Shown piece by piece: positions 10,551 through 20,502 of a stretch of 64,000 bases of DNA. This DNA comes from an uncultured Chloroflexia bacterium. GTDB lineage: Bacteria; Chloroflexota; UBA6077; JACCZL01. Position 1 is the stretch's first letter. Each line of letters begins with the position of its first letter. The notes beneath the pieces are model-generated. The model did no database searches. It worked only from the letters and a program-made list of their open reading frames with translations, and was not told the origin of the DNA. The position numbers and the translations under genes were made by a program. The stretch covers positions 256,001-320,000 of the forward strand of contig CAVXYC010000019.1 of the NCBI GenBank assembly GCA_963765765.1. Direction: 5' to 3'.

Positions 10551-11734
10551 TTACCCCCAGAGCTGCTTCGAAGCGATCCGCGCCCCTTCAGCTCCGCGCG
10601 AAACTTGGCCCACATGATCGATGAATGGGCGACGCGGCTCAGGCCGCAGTCGGTGCCTGCGATCACGTTCTCTTTGCCCACCAGATTGGCGTAGCGAACG
10701 AGGCGCTGGGCGACGAGCTCGGGATGCTCCACGAACTCTGGGGCGCAATGGCCCAGCACGCCCGGCATTAGGATCTTGCCGTCGGGGAGCTTTACGTCCT
10801 CGAAGACTTGCCACTCGTGCTCATGTTGCGGATTGGCGGCTTCGATAGAGTAACACTGGGCTTTGACCTTGAAGACTACATCGATGAGGTCCTTCAGGGC
10901 GATGTCCTGAGTGTGCGGATGGTGCGTGCTGCCCCAGCAGATGTGCAGCCGAACCATCTCCTCGGGAATGCCTCGGATAGCGTGGTTGATCGCATCTACG
11001 CGCAGCTCAGCAAACTTTCGATAGTCGTCCACACTCATCTCAGGGTGCACGTGGTAGCCATCGGGCAGGTCAGGATCGTCGAGCTGGAGCATGATGCCTG
11101 CGTCGGTAATGGCTTTGTACTCCTCGTGCATGGCGTCGGCCACGGCGAAGAGCAGCTCTTCCTGGGTCTTGTAGTGGTGATTGCGAAGCCAGTGCTCCAC
11201 GGTGCCCGGAGCGAGCGCCGAGAGGAATCCTTCGGTCACGTCGGCGCCCTGGAGACCGGCCTTGAAGTACTCGATATCGCGCTGCACTTCTTCCTGGCCG
11301 ACGTAGGTGATTGGGCCAACGCAGAAGACGCCCTGCTGGGCAAAGCCGCCGCCGCTTTGGACGTTCGCCGGCGTACCGCCAAATCCCTGCCGGGCCATCT
11401 TGAAGAATTCAGGGAAGAGCTGCGCCTCTCGGTTGAGAATCGACCCGTACATCGGGTCTTCCCCCTCGGCCAGCGGGCGCTGTTCCACGCCGCCCAATCG
11501 GCCACGAGCATACGTTTGCCAGCTGCGCTTTGTGTACTCACCATCGTTTACGACGTCGACGCCGTTGTTGGCCTGCTCTTTCACGACCCAGGCAACGGCT
11601 TCTTTCACACGAGCGGCGAGCGCGTCGTCGAACGGGTCTCCGTCCTTCCTTGTGGCCATCAAATCACGGAGATCGTCTGGCCGGTGAAGGCTGCCCGCGT
11701 GGCTGAGGAGAATCCTATTCTCACTGCGTTTCAT
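10551..11734 (-). CDS. cobalamin-independent methionine synthase II family (single-domain MetE-like Zn enzyme); frameshift near the C-terminus
   Basis: HAGSL, DGEY, LHICWG (H-x-C), IEAAN, GTDCG; true end probably GARIASKQLWG at 10551. Confidence 0.88.
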
Positions 11735-11780
11735 TAAAAGCTCCGAAGGGACGTATGGGAGAAACGGTACGGACGAGCCA

Positions 11781-13067
11781 TCATCGAGACGATGGCTCCA
11801 GACGGGGGTCGAATCGCTCACGGTATTCAGCGCTTGCTTCCCACCAGTCGACGTTTCGAGGCAGGATGACCTCCCCTGAGCGCACGCGATAGACCGTGGG
11901 ATTGTCCACACCAGGTGGGATCACGCCGCGCTCCTCGAACGCGCGGGCGGCCTCAATAAGTCGTCGGCGGGTGCGGATAATGAGCACGTCTGAAGTTCCG
12001 AGGCGTTCCCTGGTTCGATCGTAGATCGCCCCCATGCTCTCGGTCACTGCCACGTCCTGCTGGCGTATACCAGGGATGCCCGTATAGCTCTTCCAGGTGC
12101 GCTGGGCTTCGCGATCCAGGAGGTAGTCGTTGCTGACGTTCTGCTCGATGTTCCATCGACCGTAGCGGCTGTTCGTGTTCGGCAGCCAATTTGCGCTGGG
12201 ATCGCCGGTGCGGGCGGTCGCGTCCTGCATGGAGACGTAGCACTCCCATTGCAGCATGTGCTCGTCGTCAATCGGGACGTAGGCGTTGAGCTTCGCTTCG
12301 CTGCCCATCGTGCCGGTTGGCTGCATCGCGTAGAACGGAAACAGATAGTGACCGATGCGCCAGTAGTGGCTATCGTCCTCGGCCGGCCGGTAGGCGCCAT
12401 AGGACGTGCCCCACTCCGTCTCCAGGACCGAGAAGCGCGGCGCCCGCTGCTTGTAGTGGTAGTAACCAAAGCTGCCGGGCTCATACTCGTCAGGCTGGTT
12501 CGCTCCGCCGTGCAGAAACGCGGCGTGAACTGTATCCATCTCCCCTTCCCAGCCCTGCATCCAGTTGCAGGCTCGAGAGATGATGCGGATCTTCGTGGGA
12601 TCACTGTTTGCTAGCGTCGCTTCGAGGTCGGGTAGTGGCGGAGGGACGGACCGCGGCCCCATGTATGCCCAGATGATCCCATTTCGCTCCTTCGCGGCGT
12701 AGGCCGTAACCTTGACCTTGTGTTTGAAGTTTGACTCTGGCGGCTCATTCGGCATGTCCACGCAGGCGCCCGAGGTGTCGAACTTCCAGCCGTGATAGAC
12801 GCAGCGCAGGCCTTCCTCCTCATTGCGTCCGAAGAAAAGCGATGCGCCGCGGTGCGGGCAGTTCTCTGCAACGATGCCCACCTCGCCCGAGGATGATCTG
12901 AACCCGACGAGGTCCTCACCCAGGAGCCGAAGTCGAATCGGTGGGCAGTCGGGCGCAGGAAGCTCGTCTGATCGGATCGCGGGAATCCAGTACTGCCGCA
13001 TCATCCGACCCATTGGGGTGCCGGGGCCTATACGACAGAGGTACTCGTTGGCCTCATGACTCAGCAT
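11781..13067 (-). CDS. Rieske non-heme iron oxygenase alpha subunit, phthalate 4,5-dioxygenase/LigXa-like
   Basis: CPHRG...CVYHGW Rieske motif; CNWMQGWEGEMDTVHAAFLH iron site; QQDVAVTESMG. Confidence 0.93.
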   Translation of the reverse strand: MLSHEANEYLCRIGPGTPMGRMMRQYWIPAIRSDELPAPDCPPIRLRLLGEDLVGFRSSSGEVGIVAENCPHRGASLFFGRNEEEGLRCVYHGWKFDTSGACVDMPNEPPESNFKHKVKVTAYAAKERNGIIWAYMGPRSVPPPLPDLEATLANSDPTKIRIISRACNWMQGWEGEMDTVHAAFLHGGANQPDEYEPGSFGYYHYKQRAPRFSVLETEWGTSYGAYRPAEDDSHYWRIGHYLFPFYAMQPTGTMGSEAKLNAYVPIDDEHMLQWECYVSMQDATARTGDPSANWLPNTNSRYGRWNIEQNVSNDYLLDREAQRTWKSYTGIPGIRQQDVAVTESMGAIYDRTRERLGTSDVLIIRTRRRLIEAARAFEERGVIPPGVDNPTVYRVRSGEVILPRNVDWWEASAEYRERFDPRLEPSSR

Positions 13068-13246
13068 GACGTAACTCCTCGAGCGTGTCCTTGGAGCAGT
13101 AGAGCGCGGCGTGGATGATTGCCGTCGCTCGCCGATGCTAGCAGAATGCCCATGTAGAGTCTACGAAGTCAATGATCACTGTCATCGTTGGCAGGCATGT
13201 ACAATCGGCGCACGTCCGAACGGTGGAAGAGGGAGGAGCATCGATC

Positions 13247-13896
13247 ATGCCAAAGAAGGGCTCGGGCATCTTTCTCGTCTACACGGATCTCGGGGACCCG
13301 TCTCTCGAGGCGGAGTTCAACGCCTGGTACACCAACGAGCACATACCTGATCTGCTCAAACTGCCGGGTTTCCTGGATGCCGCTCGCTATCAGGCCGTGA
13401 GCGGCGGCCCCAAGTACCTCGCAGCATATGAGGTGGAGACGACCGATGCGGTCTACAGCCCAGAGTTCACCAATCGCGTGCGCTCAGAGCGAGATCAGCT
13501 CTATTCACCCACGGTCATCGGGAAAAACCTGACTCGAATCGTGGGCAAGCAGTTCTACCCGACTGAGCTGGAGAACCTGGATCGTGGCATGGCGCCTGTT
13601 CTGCAGATCGGCCGCATGTCCGTGCCCGAGGATCGGGAGGAAGACTGGAACGCCTGGTACAACGGCACCTACATCCCGGGCTACCGAACCGTACCCGGTG
13701 TCATCTACGCTCGGCGTTACAACGTGGTGGAAGGTGAGCGACGGTTCACCACCGTGTACGAGTTCGAGCACGAGAACGTGCCACAGAGCAAAGAGTGGAA
13801 CGAGCTCCGAATGAACGGCTCGCCGCAGAATGTCCCCATGCGCGAGATCATGGACATGGCGCCGGGGTCGCCTGGAGTGTACGGAGAATTTCGTAG
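13247..13896 (+). CDS. tandem EthD/DUF4286-like dimeric alpha-beta barrel protein; end approximate (probable terminal frameshift, otherwise 14011)
   Basis: two repeats FNAWYTNEHIP..LPGF..A.RY and WNAWYNGTYIP..VPGVIYARRY; the ORF-track tail reads through a REP element. Confidence 0.75.
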
Positions 13897-13905
13897 GCAA
13901 CTGTG

Positions 13906-14007
13906 GAAGGACCCCACCCCAGCCCTCCCCGCTGCGGCAGGGAGCCGGAATCTCAAATTCCCTAAACATGCTCCTCCCTGCCGCAGCGGGGAGGGCTGGG
14001 GTCTTCC
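13906..14007. repeat. REP-like inverted pair (variant of the 7466/37794 family)
   Basis: ccccagccctccccgctgcggcagggag / ctccctgccgcagcggggagggctgggg. Confidence 0.8.
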
Positions 14008-14017
14008 CTAAGATCTC

Positions 14018-14461
14018 CTAGTGGTTGCCCTTGTTGTTGTTCTCGTCCGACCGACGGTCAGACTGCTCTCGCCCGTCGCGTGGGTCGCGTTTTGAGTCGA
14101 GATGTTCCACCGTCAGGTGGTCAAGAATCCCAATAGCCCGGAAACCGCCGGCCGGGCGATTCATCACCTGCAGCACGTAGTAGTCATCCTGGAGCGGTAG
14201 CGAATCGTTCGATTGATCTTTGATCCAGTCGATGTGGATGGTGACGCGCTCTTTCACGCCGCTCACGCCGGAGCTGATCAGCACGATCTTGTCCCGAATC
14301 GGACAGTCGTCTTCAGAGCTCGCACCGCAATCGAGTGTGCCATCAAGGGCGAGCTCATCCGCGTACGCGGCAGAAATGTGCCCAACCATTCCCACAAATG
14401 CTGCAAGGAGCGCTGCACCTGCATATCACGGCATGAATTTCATGTGATGACGGTTCACCAT
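14018..14461 (-). CDS. hypothetical secreted protein; in-frame TGA (14428-14426) within the apparent signal peptide
   Basis: MVNRHHMKFMP*YAGAALLAAFVGMVGHISAAYA-DELAL is in frame with ORF 14018..14395. Confidence 0.45.
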
Positions 14462-14468
14462 GGTCGCC

Positions 14469-15320
14469 CTACTCGGATGCGAATTGACTGATCAGGCTGG
14501 CGTAGCGATCGAGTCTCGGTAGTAAGGCGTCAGCCGGCTCAGAGGGAAGACCGAATATTGCGCGCGTGACACCTGCCTCGGCCAGGGCGGTAATGTCCGC
14601 TGGTCGCGGCGGGGCAAAGAAGATTGAGATAGGTGCGGACGAGCGCGCTCGTCCGGCCTCATCAAGACGCTGGTGCAGCTCGGCGATGCGCGGGAGTGGA
14701 TCTTGACCGGGGCGCATGATCGGCATCCAGCCGTCGCCAAACTCAATCACCCGATCGAACGTTGTCGCGCCATCGCCACCAATCAAGATCGGCGGGTGAG
14801 GCTGCTGCAGCGGCTTGGGCCAGGACCAGATTGGATCGAAATCAACGAGCTCGCCGTGGTATTCCGCGGCGTCGTTGGTCCAGATCGCCTTCATCGCCAG
14901 GACGCGTTCACGCAACAATCGCATCCGTGTCTTCGGATTCGTCCCGTGGTTCTCCATCTCCTCGGTGTTCCAGCCGCCGCCGATTCCAAAGATGAAGCGT
15001 CCGCCGGTAAGCTGATCGAGCGTCGCGACTTCTTTAGCCATGACTATCGGGTCGCGCTCCACCACCAGACACACCCCGGTACCCAGCTTCAGGTGCTGTG
15101 TAGCGCCGGCCGCGGCCATGAGTGCGATGAAGGGGTCATAGGCAGACGAGTATTCGCGTGGTAGGGTGTCGCCTCCTGGCCAGCGACTGCGTCGACTCGT
15201 TGGGATATGCGTGTGCTCAGGTACCCAGAATGACTCGAACCCACGCTCTTCGAGTGCTCTGGCCAGCTCCGCCGGCTGCATGGCGTACTCGGTGGGGAAC
15301 ATCACCGCTCCGAAGTCCAT
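14469..15320 (-). CDS. LLM-class F420-dependent oxidoreductase (Rv2161c-like)
   Basis: FWVPEHTHIP, DPFIAL, LKLGTGVCL, GRFIFGIGGGWN, WPKPLQQPHPPILIGG. Confidence 0.93.
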   Translation of the reverse strand: MDFGAVMFPTEYAMQPAELARALEERGFESFWVPEHTHIPTSRRSRWPGGDTLPREYSSAYDPFIALMAAAGATQHLKLGTGVCLVVERDPIVMAKEVATLDQLTGGRFIFGIGGGWNTEEMENHGTNPKTRMRLLRERVLAMKAIWTNDAAEYHGELVDFDPIWSWPKPLQQPHPPILIGGDGATTFDRVIEFGDGWMPIMRPGQDPLPRIAELHQRLDEAGRARSSAPISIFFAPPRPADITALAEAGVTRAIFGLPSEPADALLPRLDRYASLISQFASE

Positions 15321-15466
15321 TGACGTGCCTCCGCTCGCGTTTCAGCGCCTGAGAATTCTGACGCTACGGCCGAGATTGATTATGGGGTCAATCCCCCGCT
15401 GATGCGCGTCAACTGGTTTCCCCGTACACTGCGGCTATCAGCAGTAGATGGATCTGGAGAGTCACC

Positions 15467-16813
15467 ATGCTCAGCCGCGAGAACAACGAGATGCTGACCC
15501 GGGTGGGGCCTGGTACACCCATGGGCGAGGTGCTCCGACAGTATTGGCACCCGTTCCTCTATCCCGATGAGCTCAAACCGGACGGCGCCCCTCTGCGTAT
15601 CCGACTGCTGGGCGAGGACCTGGTGGCGTTCCGCACCGCGTCGGGCGATGTCGGGTTGATTCAGAACAACTGCCCACATCGCGGCGCCAGCATGTTCTTC
15701 GGCCGCAACGAGGAAGAAGGCCTGCGTTGCGTCTATCACGGCTGGAAATTCAACGTCGCGGGCGATTGTGTGGACATGCCCAACGAGCCGCCAGAGTCTA
15801 ATTTCAAGCACAAGGTGCGGGTCACCGCCTATCCGTGCGTGGAGCGCGGCGGCATGATCTGGACCTATATGGGCCCCGAGAACCCGGCTCCTGCCATTCC
15901 CGACCTCGAGTTCCTGAATGTGAACGACGATCAGCGCTTCTACTGGAAGCGGGTCCAGACGTGTAACTGGGTCCAGGCCATGGAAGGCGACATCGACCAG
16001 AGTCACAACTCGTTTCTCCACACGTGGCTGGATTCGGCCATCGACACGACCAGTCGAAGTCGAATCACTCAGATTCGCGATCGTGACAAGAGTCCGCACT
16101 TTGAAGTGGTCGAAACAGACTACGGCGTCTGCGTAGCTGCGCGGCGGAACGCCGAACCCGATACTTACTACGTGCGGCTCACCCAATTCCTGATGCCCTA
16201 CCACACTATGACCGGACCGTACGGTGAGAATCCCATGCGCACCTGGCGGGGCTGGGTGCCGATTGACGATGAGAACACCCTCGTCCACGGCGTGAACTTT
16301 CACCCACTGCGTCGGCTGAACGAGCACGAGCGTGGTGGCAACAACCTGCGTGCGCCGGGGCCAAATGGATACCGAGTGCGAGGAAACGTGTTCTACGTGG
16401 AGCCCGAGGATCGCGCGCCGGCCACGAGCCAGCCTTTTGGCGCGTGGTATCCGCTGGACAGCCTGGAGAACGATCTACGGGTCAATCGCGACGTCCAGAA
16501 AAAGCTGACGTTTTCGGGCATCCCGGTCTTCTGGGCCCAGGACGGCGGCACGCAGCTCACCATGGGCAAGATCTACGACCGCACGAAGGAGCATCTCGGC
16601 ACCACCGACCTGGGCATCATCGGCACCCGCAAGAAGCTTCTCAATGCCGCGAAAGCTCTCCAGGAACGCGGAGAGACTCCGCCCGGCGTGCGCAATCCCG
16701 AGTGGTATCAAGTCCGTGGCGCGGCCATCGAGATCAAACGAAGTCAAAATTGGTACGAGGCTTCCGAAGAGACGCGGAAGGTGATTCCCGGCGTAAATCA
16801 AGCGGGGGTGTAG
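15467..16813 (+). CDS. Rieske non-heme iron oxygenase alpha subunit, PDO/LigXa-like
   Basis: CPHRG...CVYHGW; CNWVQAMEGDIDQSHNSFLH; AQDGGTQLTMG. Confidence 0.93.
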   Translation: MLSRENNEMLTRVGPGTPMGEVLRQYWHPFLYPDELKPDGAPLRIRLLGEDLVAFRTASGDVGLIQNNCPHRGASMFFGRNEEEGLRCVYHGWKFNVAGDCVDMPNEPPESNFKHKVRVTAYPCVERGGMIWTYMGPENPAPAIPDLEFLNVNDDQRFYWKRVQTCNWVQAMEGDIDQSHNSFLHTWLDSAIDTTSRSRITQIRDRDKSPHFEVVETDYGVCVAARRNAEPDTYYVRLTQFLMPYHTMTGPYGENPMRTWRGWVPIDDENTLVHGVNFHPLRRLNEHERGGNNLRAPGPNGYRVRGNVFYVEPEDRAPATSQPFGAWYPLDSLENDLRVNRDVQKKLTFSGIPVFWAQDGGTQLTMGKIYDRTKEHLGTTDLGIIGTRKKLLNAAKALQERGETPPGVRNPEWYQVRGAAIEIKRSQNWYEASEETRKVIPGVNQAGV

Positions 16814-17045
16814 GCGCTAGCGCCATAGTCTTGCTGGAGTCGTGCGTCAGCGAACCGCGATTTCGAGGATGTTTGAGCGGATTCTGCAAGGTCATCCCGA
16901 CTGAGCGATGCAGACTGCTCGTCGAGTCGACTTGTGAAATTGCGGATTATTACCCTAGTTGTAGAGCGCACCTTGATGGGAGCAAATGCACCTGACTTGG
17001 TTCACCGAATACGGCTCATTGACTGAGATGTAGACAACCTCGGAG

Positions 17046-17360
17046 CTACGCCGCCAGTGGCTCACCCGCAGGCTTACTTTGGTCAAGCCGCAGAATCATT
17101 CGGGCATCGTCGCGCCGGCCCTGCTCCACACAGTCCAAGTAGGTGGAGTACAGGGCCTTATCGACCATTTGCCGGCGGCGAGGATGCACGACCGGATCGA
17201 TCTTCTCGCGGGCCTCATTCAATCTGGCAAGGCGCTTGAGTAGCATGAGGTGTAGCTGCAATCGCCTCACGTCCTCAGCGTCCGACGGCGACTCGGTGAT
17301 GTTCGATTGGACGGCCAGCGGGGAATTGGTCATAAGCGGTTCTCTCATGGGAGATGGCAT
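17046..17360 (-). CDS. hypothetical protein
   Basis: 104-aa helical-looking ORF with a GGAG-like SD upstream; no recognised motif. Confidence 0.55.
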   Translation of the reverse strand: MPSPMREPLMTNSPLAVQSNITESPSDAEDVRRLQLHLMLLKRLARLNEAREKIDPVVHPRRRQMVDKALYSTYLDCVEQGRRDDARMILRLDQSKPAGEPLAA

Positions 17361-17503
17361 TTACGGCGTCTCCCTAGATACATAATCGTTTATGGATTGT
17401 TAGAGGGACGTGGGAGCGGTGTCAGATTTATCTAATATTCTTCTCGGCCGTAGTGAACTCATCCCCAGCGCTCTCAAGCTCCAGATATATGAAGGGACTG
17501 ACA

Positions 17504-18382
17504 ATGATCGTGCCTGGTGAATCTCTCGCACCCGAGCTGCTGGAGCGAATTCTTGCCAAGCTTGGGTTTGCGAACGCGCCAGAGCCCTCGTTGAGCGGGC
17601 TTCGGTCCCTTTACGAAGCGTGGTGTCGTTCGGTGCCATTTGACAACGTGCGCAAGCTGATCCACGTGCGGAGTCAGGATTCGGGGCCATTGCCAGGCGA
17701 TGACTCGGAGGATTTCTTCGATGCCTGGTTGAAGCACGGGACGGGTGGGACGTGCTGGGTGACGAACGGCGGGCTGTTTCGGCTGCTGGACTCGCTCGGC
17801 TTTAACGCGGTGCGGGGTGAGGCGACGATGCTGATCGCGCCAAATATTCCGCCGAACCATGGCACGGTGATCGTTTCGCTGGACGATGAGCGCTACATCG
17901 TTGATGGATCGATTCTTCAGGTGGAGCCGCTGCGCCTCGATGAGACGAGCGTGACGGGAGTGTCAAACGGGGCCTGGGGAGTGCAATGTGAAAAACGAGA
18001 TGGGCACTGGGTGATTCGTTGGCGTCCAGCCCATATGCCGGATGGGATGGATTGCCGTATCGAAAGACTGGAGGTCACGCGCGAGACGTTCCACCAGCGG
18101 CATGAAGCAACACGCCCGTGGAGTCCATTCAATTACGAGCTGTACGCGCGATCAGTTCGAGGTGATTCGATGGTTAGCGCGTGCTTCCAGCAACGGGTGG
18201 AATTCGATCATAACGGTCAGATGTCGAAGTCACCACTCGATGAACGCGGGCGAGCGCGTTTTCTCATCGAAGAGTTGGGGATGAGCGAAGAGATCGTCCA
18301 CGCGCTTCCCCCGGACATGCCCACACCGCCGCCACCATGGTCGGAGACGGCTAAACGCGCCGCGAGCCACCCCGGCCGGTGA
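17504..18382 (+). CDS. arylamine N-acetyltransferase family protein
   Basis: VPFDN, GGTCW (catalytic Cys), NHGTV (His), IVDG (Asp). Confidence 0.85.
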   Translation: MIVPGESLAPELLERILAKLGFANAPEPSLSGLRSLYEAWCRSVPFDNVRKLIHVRSQDSGPLPGDDSEDFFDAWLKHGTGGTCWVTNGGLFRLLDSLGFNAVRGEATMLIAPNIPPNHGTVIVSLDDERYIVDGSILQVEPLRLDETSVTGVSNGAWGVQCEKRDGHWVIRWRPAHMPDGMDCRIERLEVTRETFHQRHEATRPWSPFNYELYARSVRGDSMVSACFQQRVEFDHNGQMSKSPLDERGRARFLIEELGMSEEIVHALPPDMPTPPPPWSETAKRAASHPGR

Positions 18383-19155
18383 TCTCTCGGGTGGAGCTCG
18401 CAGCGGCGTCGCTCCACGCCACGAACTACTCCGTTGGAGTCGTGCGGGTCGGCAATGACGGTCGCGGACTGTTTGGCTCGGGCACCCTCATAGCTGCGGC
18501 CAGGTCACGATCGATTCTTACCAGTGCGGACGTTCTCGACCTCCTTTCCAATTCTGGGAGGCTTGGAATCGCCCTGCGCACTGAGCTGAATCAGATTAGC
18601 CTCGACGCGTCTGGGCTGATTTATCGGCGGCTCCCGGTCATTCACGGTCAGGTTGACAGTCGTCTCGGGCTGATCGAGTTCTCGGAAGACGCGGCGCAGC
18701 GATTCGACGAGCGGAAGAGATTCGTTGACGTGGGCGCTGCTTTAGCGGCGGAGACACCTTTAGCGGCGGAGACACAAGGAAGGGCGTTCTGGTGCGTGAA
18801 TGGTTTTACCGCCAAGATGACGACGACTGACCTACCGCTCGATTGCTTTGACATGGTGTGTGGGTACACGAACATCACCGCATTACGGACGACGCCGATC
18901 GACAGCTCATCCGAGCTCGAGAAGATCATCGATCTGGAGCTTGACATGGTGAGTGAGCACGTTGGGCCGCAGGGTTTCGCAGGACTGGTGGGCGGTACTC
19001 TCTGGAAGATGCAATTCGCCCGTGACCCGTCCCGCACGTGGATTCAAGAGGCTGTCCTCTCCGGGGTGGTTGATGCTGTCATGGATACGACGAAGGGCTC
19101 AGTCCACGTGCGATGCATCTCCGCGAGGCTGGCCATGGAAGCCATTCAGGCATAA
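18379..19155 (+). CDS. hypothetical protein resembling a catalytically degenerate trypsin-like serine protease
   Basis: GSGTLI...ILTSADV (cf. LTAAHV) and FAGLVGGTLW (cf. GxSGG); 4-nt overlap with the NAT gene. Confidence 0.5.
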   Translation: MISRVELAAASLHATNYSVGVVRVGNDGRGLFGSGTLIAAARSRSILTSADVLDLLSNSGRLGIALRTELNQISLDASGLIYRRLPVIHGQVDSRLGLIEFSEDAAQRFDERKRFVDVGAALAAETPLAAETQGRAFWCVNGFTAKMTTTDLPLDCFDMVCGYTNITALRTTPIDSSSELEKIIDLELDMVSEHVGPQGFAGLVGGTLWKMQFARDPSRTWIQEAVLSGVVDAVMDTTKGSVHVRCISARLAMEAIQA

Positions 19156-19162
19156 GTAGCCC

Positions 19163-19290
19163 CCCGTGACCGCCGACATCCTGTAGGCCCGGCCCCTGAG
19201 CGCCGCCCCAAAAGACTCAGACGCTAGATGATGTGGCGCTCGCGATGCGGCCCTATCGGGTCGGGCCGAGAGGATGTCGGCGGTCACGGG
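19163..19290. repeat. REP-like perfect 20-bp inverted repeat
   Basis: cccgtgaccgccgacatcct (19163-19182) / aggatgtcggcggtcacggg (19271-19290). Confidence 0.8.
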
Positions 19291-19352
19291 AGGGGCCTTA
19301 GTTGCCCCGTCATTGGGAACGGATCAAGAATGCTTGCGCACGATGGAGTTAC

Positions 19353-20450
19353 ATGATGTCAGACACGACTGTTGCCGCGGTGCTTGTGGCGCCCAAGGAA
19401 TTCGAGCTTCGGGAATTCGAGCTACCTGAGATTCCCGATGATGCGGGCTTATTGAAGTTGGAGGCCTGCGGCATTTGCGGGAGTGATATCCACGGTGCTG
19501 AGCGACTCAATGACGGTCCGAAGATTCTGGGCCATGAAAACGTGGGAATCGTCGCGAAGATCGGTCAGCGAGCGCAGGAGCGGTGGAAGATCAAGGAAGG
19601 CGACCGCATTGCCCTCGAGGAATACGTGCCCTGCGGCGCTTGCAAATGGTGTCGGTCCGATGATTTCCGATTTTGCGAACAGACGGACATCGCCGGTCCG
19701 GGCCCGCGTCTCTGGTATGGCTCCACTGCCATAAACACCTGGCCGTCGCTTTGGGGCGGCTACAGCCAGTACATGTACATCCATCCCAACGCTGTGATTC
19801 ACAAGGTGCCAAGTCACATTCCAGCCCCACACGCGGCCGCCTACTTGCCGTTCTCCAACGGCGTTGAGTGGGCGTATGAATACGGCGGGGTTGGTCTCGG
19901 TGACGCCATTCTCATCCAGGGTCCGGGCCAACAGGGCCTGGCTTGCGTCATCGCTGCCAAGGCCGCAGGCGCTTCATGCATCATCGTATCCGGACTCGCA
20001 CGCGACTCCCGTAGGATGGAGATCGCTCGCAAGCTGGGAGCGGACTACACGGTAAACGTGGATGAAGAAGACCTGGTCGCTCGTGTAATGGATGCGACCG
20101 GCGGTGAAGGCGTCAACGTTGCGGTAAACGTCACGGGCGGCGGCTCCACGACCGTTGCGGACAGCGTCGCCGTGGCATCGAAGCGATGCACGATCGTGCT
20201 GGCGGCCGCGGGCAAGGAAAACGTCAACGTCGGCACGTTTGGCCGCCGCAAGCTCGTCATCAAGCAGGCCAACGGTCACTCCTATCAATCGGTGGAGCGA
20301 GCGATCGAGTTCATCGCATCGGGACGGCTCCCGATGGACGAGATATCGACGCATACGTTTCCGATGAGCCGTGCTATGGAGGCCATTGACGCGGTTGCTG
20401 GTCGTGGAGCGCCAGGGGCGATCCACGTCAGCATCATGCCCGAGGTCTAG
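19353..20450 (+). CDS. zinc-dependent alcohol dehydrogenase (MDR family)
   Basis: GICGSDIH, GHE, structural Zn CGACKWC..C, GPGQQG. Confidence 0.92.
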   Translation: MMSDTTVAAVLVAPKEFELREFELPEIPDDAGLLKLEACGICGSDIHGAERLNDGPKILGHENVGIVAKIGQRAQERWKIKEGDRIALEEYVPCGACKWCRSDDFRFCEQTDIAGPGPRLWYGSTAINTWPSLWGGYSQYMYIHPNAVIHKVPSHIPAPHAAAYLPFSNGVEWAYEYGGVGLGDAILIQGPGQQGLACVIAAKAAGASCIIVSGLARDSRRMEIARKLGADYTVNVDEEDLVARVMDATGGEGVNVAVNVTGGGSTTVADSVAVASKRCTIVLAAAGKENVNVGTFGRRKLVIKQANGHSYQSVERAIEFIASGRLPMDEISTHTFPMSRAMEAIDAVAGRGAPGAIHVSIMPEV

Positions 20451-20490
20451 CCCACTCGTAGGGCGGAACTTACTCCGCCCTACGAGTGGG
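20451..20490. terminator. hairpin between convergent genes (bidirectional terminator or GTAG-type REP)
   Basis: cccactcgtagggcgga-6 nt-tccgccctacgagtggg, perfect 17-bp stem. Confidence 0.7.
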
Positions 20491-20502
20491 ACGGCGGCGC
20501 CT

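Noticed and set aside
14426-14428. In-frame TGA in the secreted hypothetical protein as a second selenocysteine
   Set aside because: It lies in the signal-peptide n-region with no redox motif; a CGA-to-TGA error or mutation is more likely
19163-19290. MITE or IS ends
   Set aside because: No target-site duplication or transposase; better explained as a REP-like doublet
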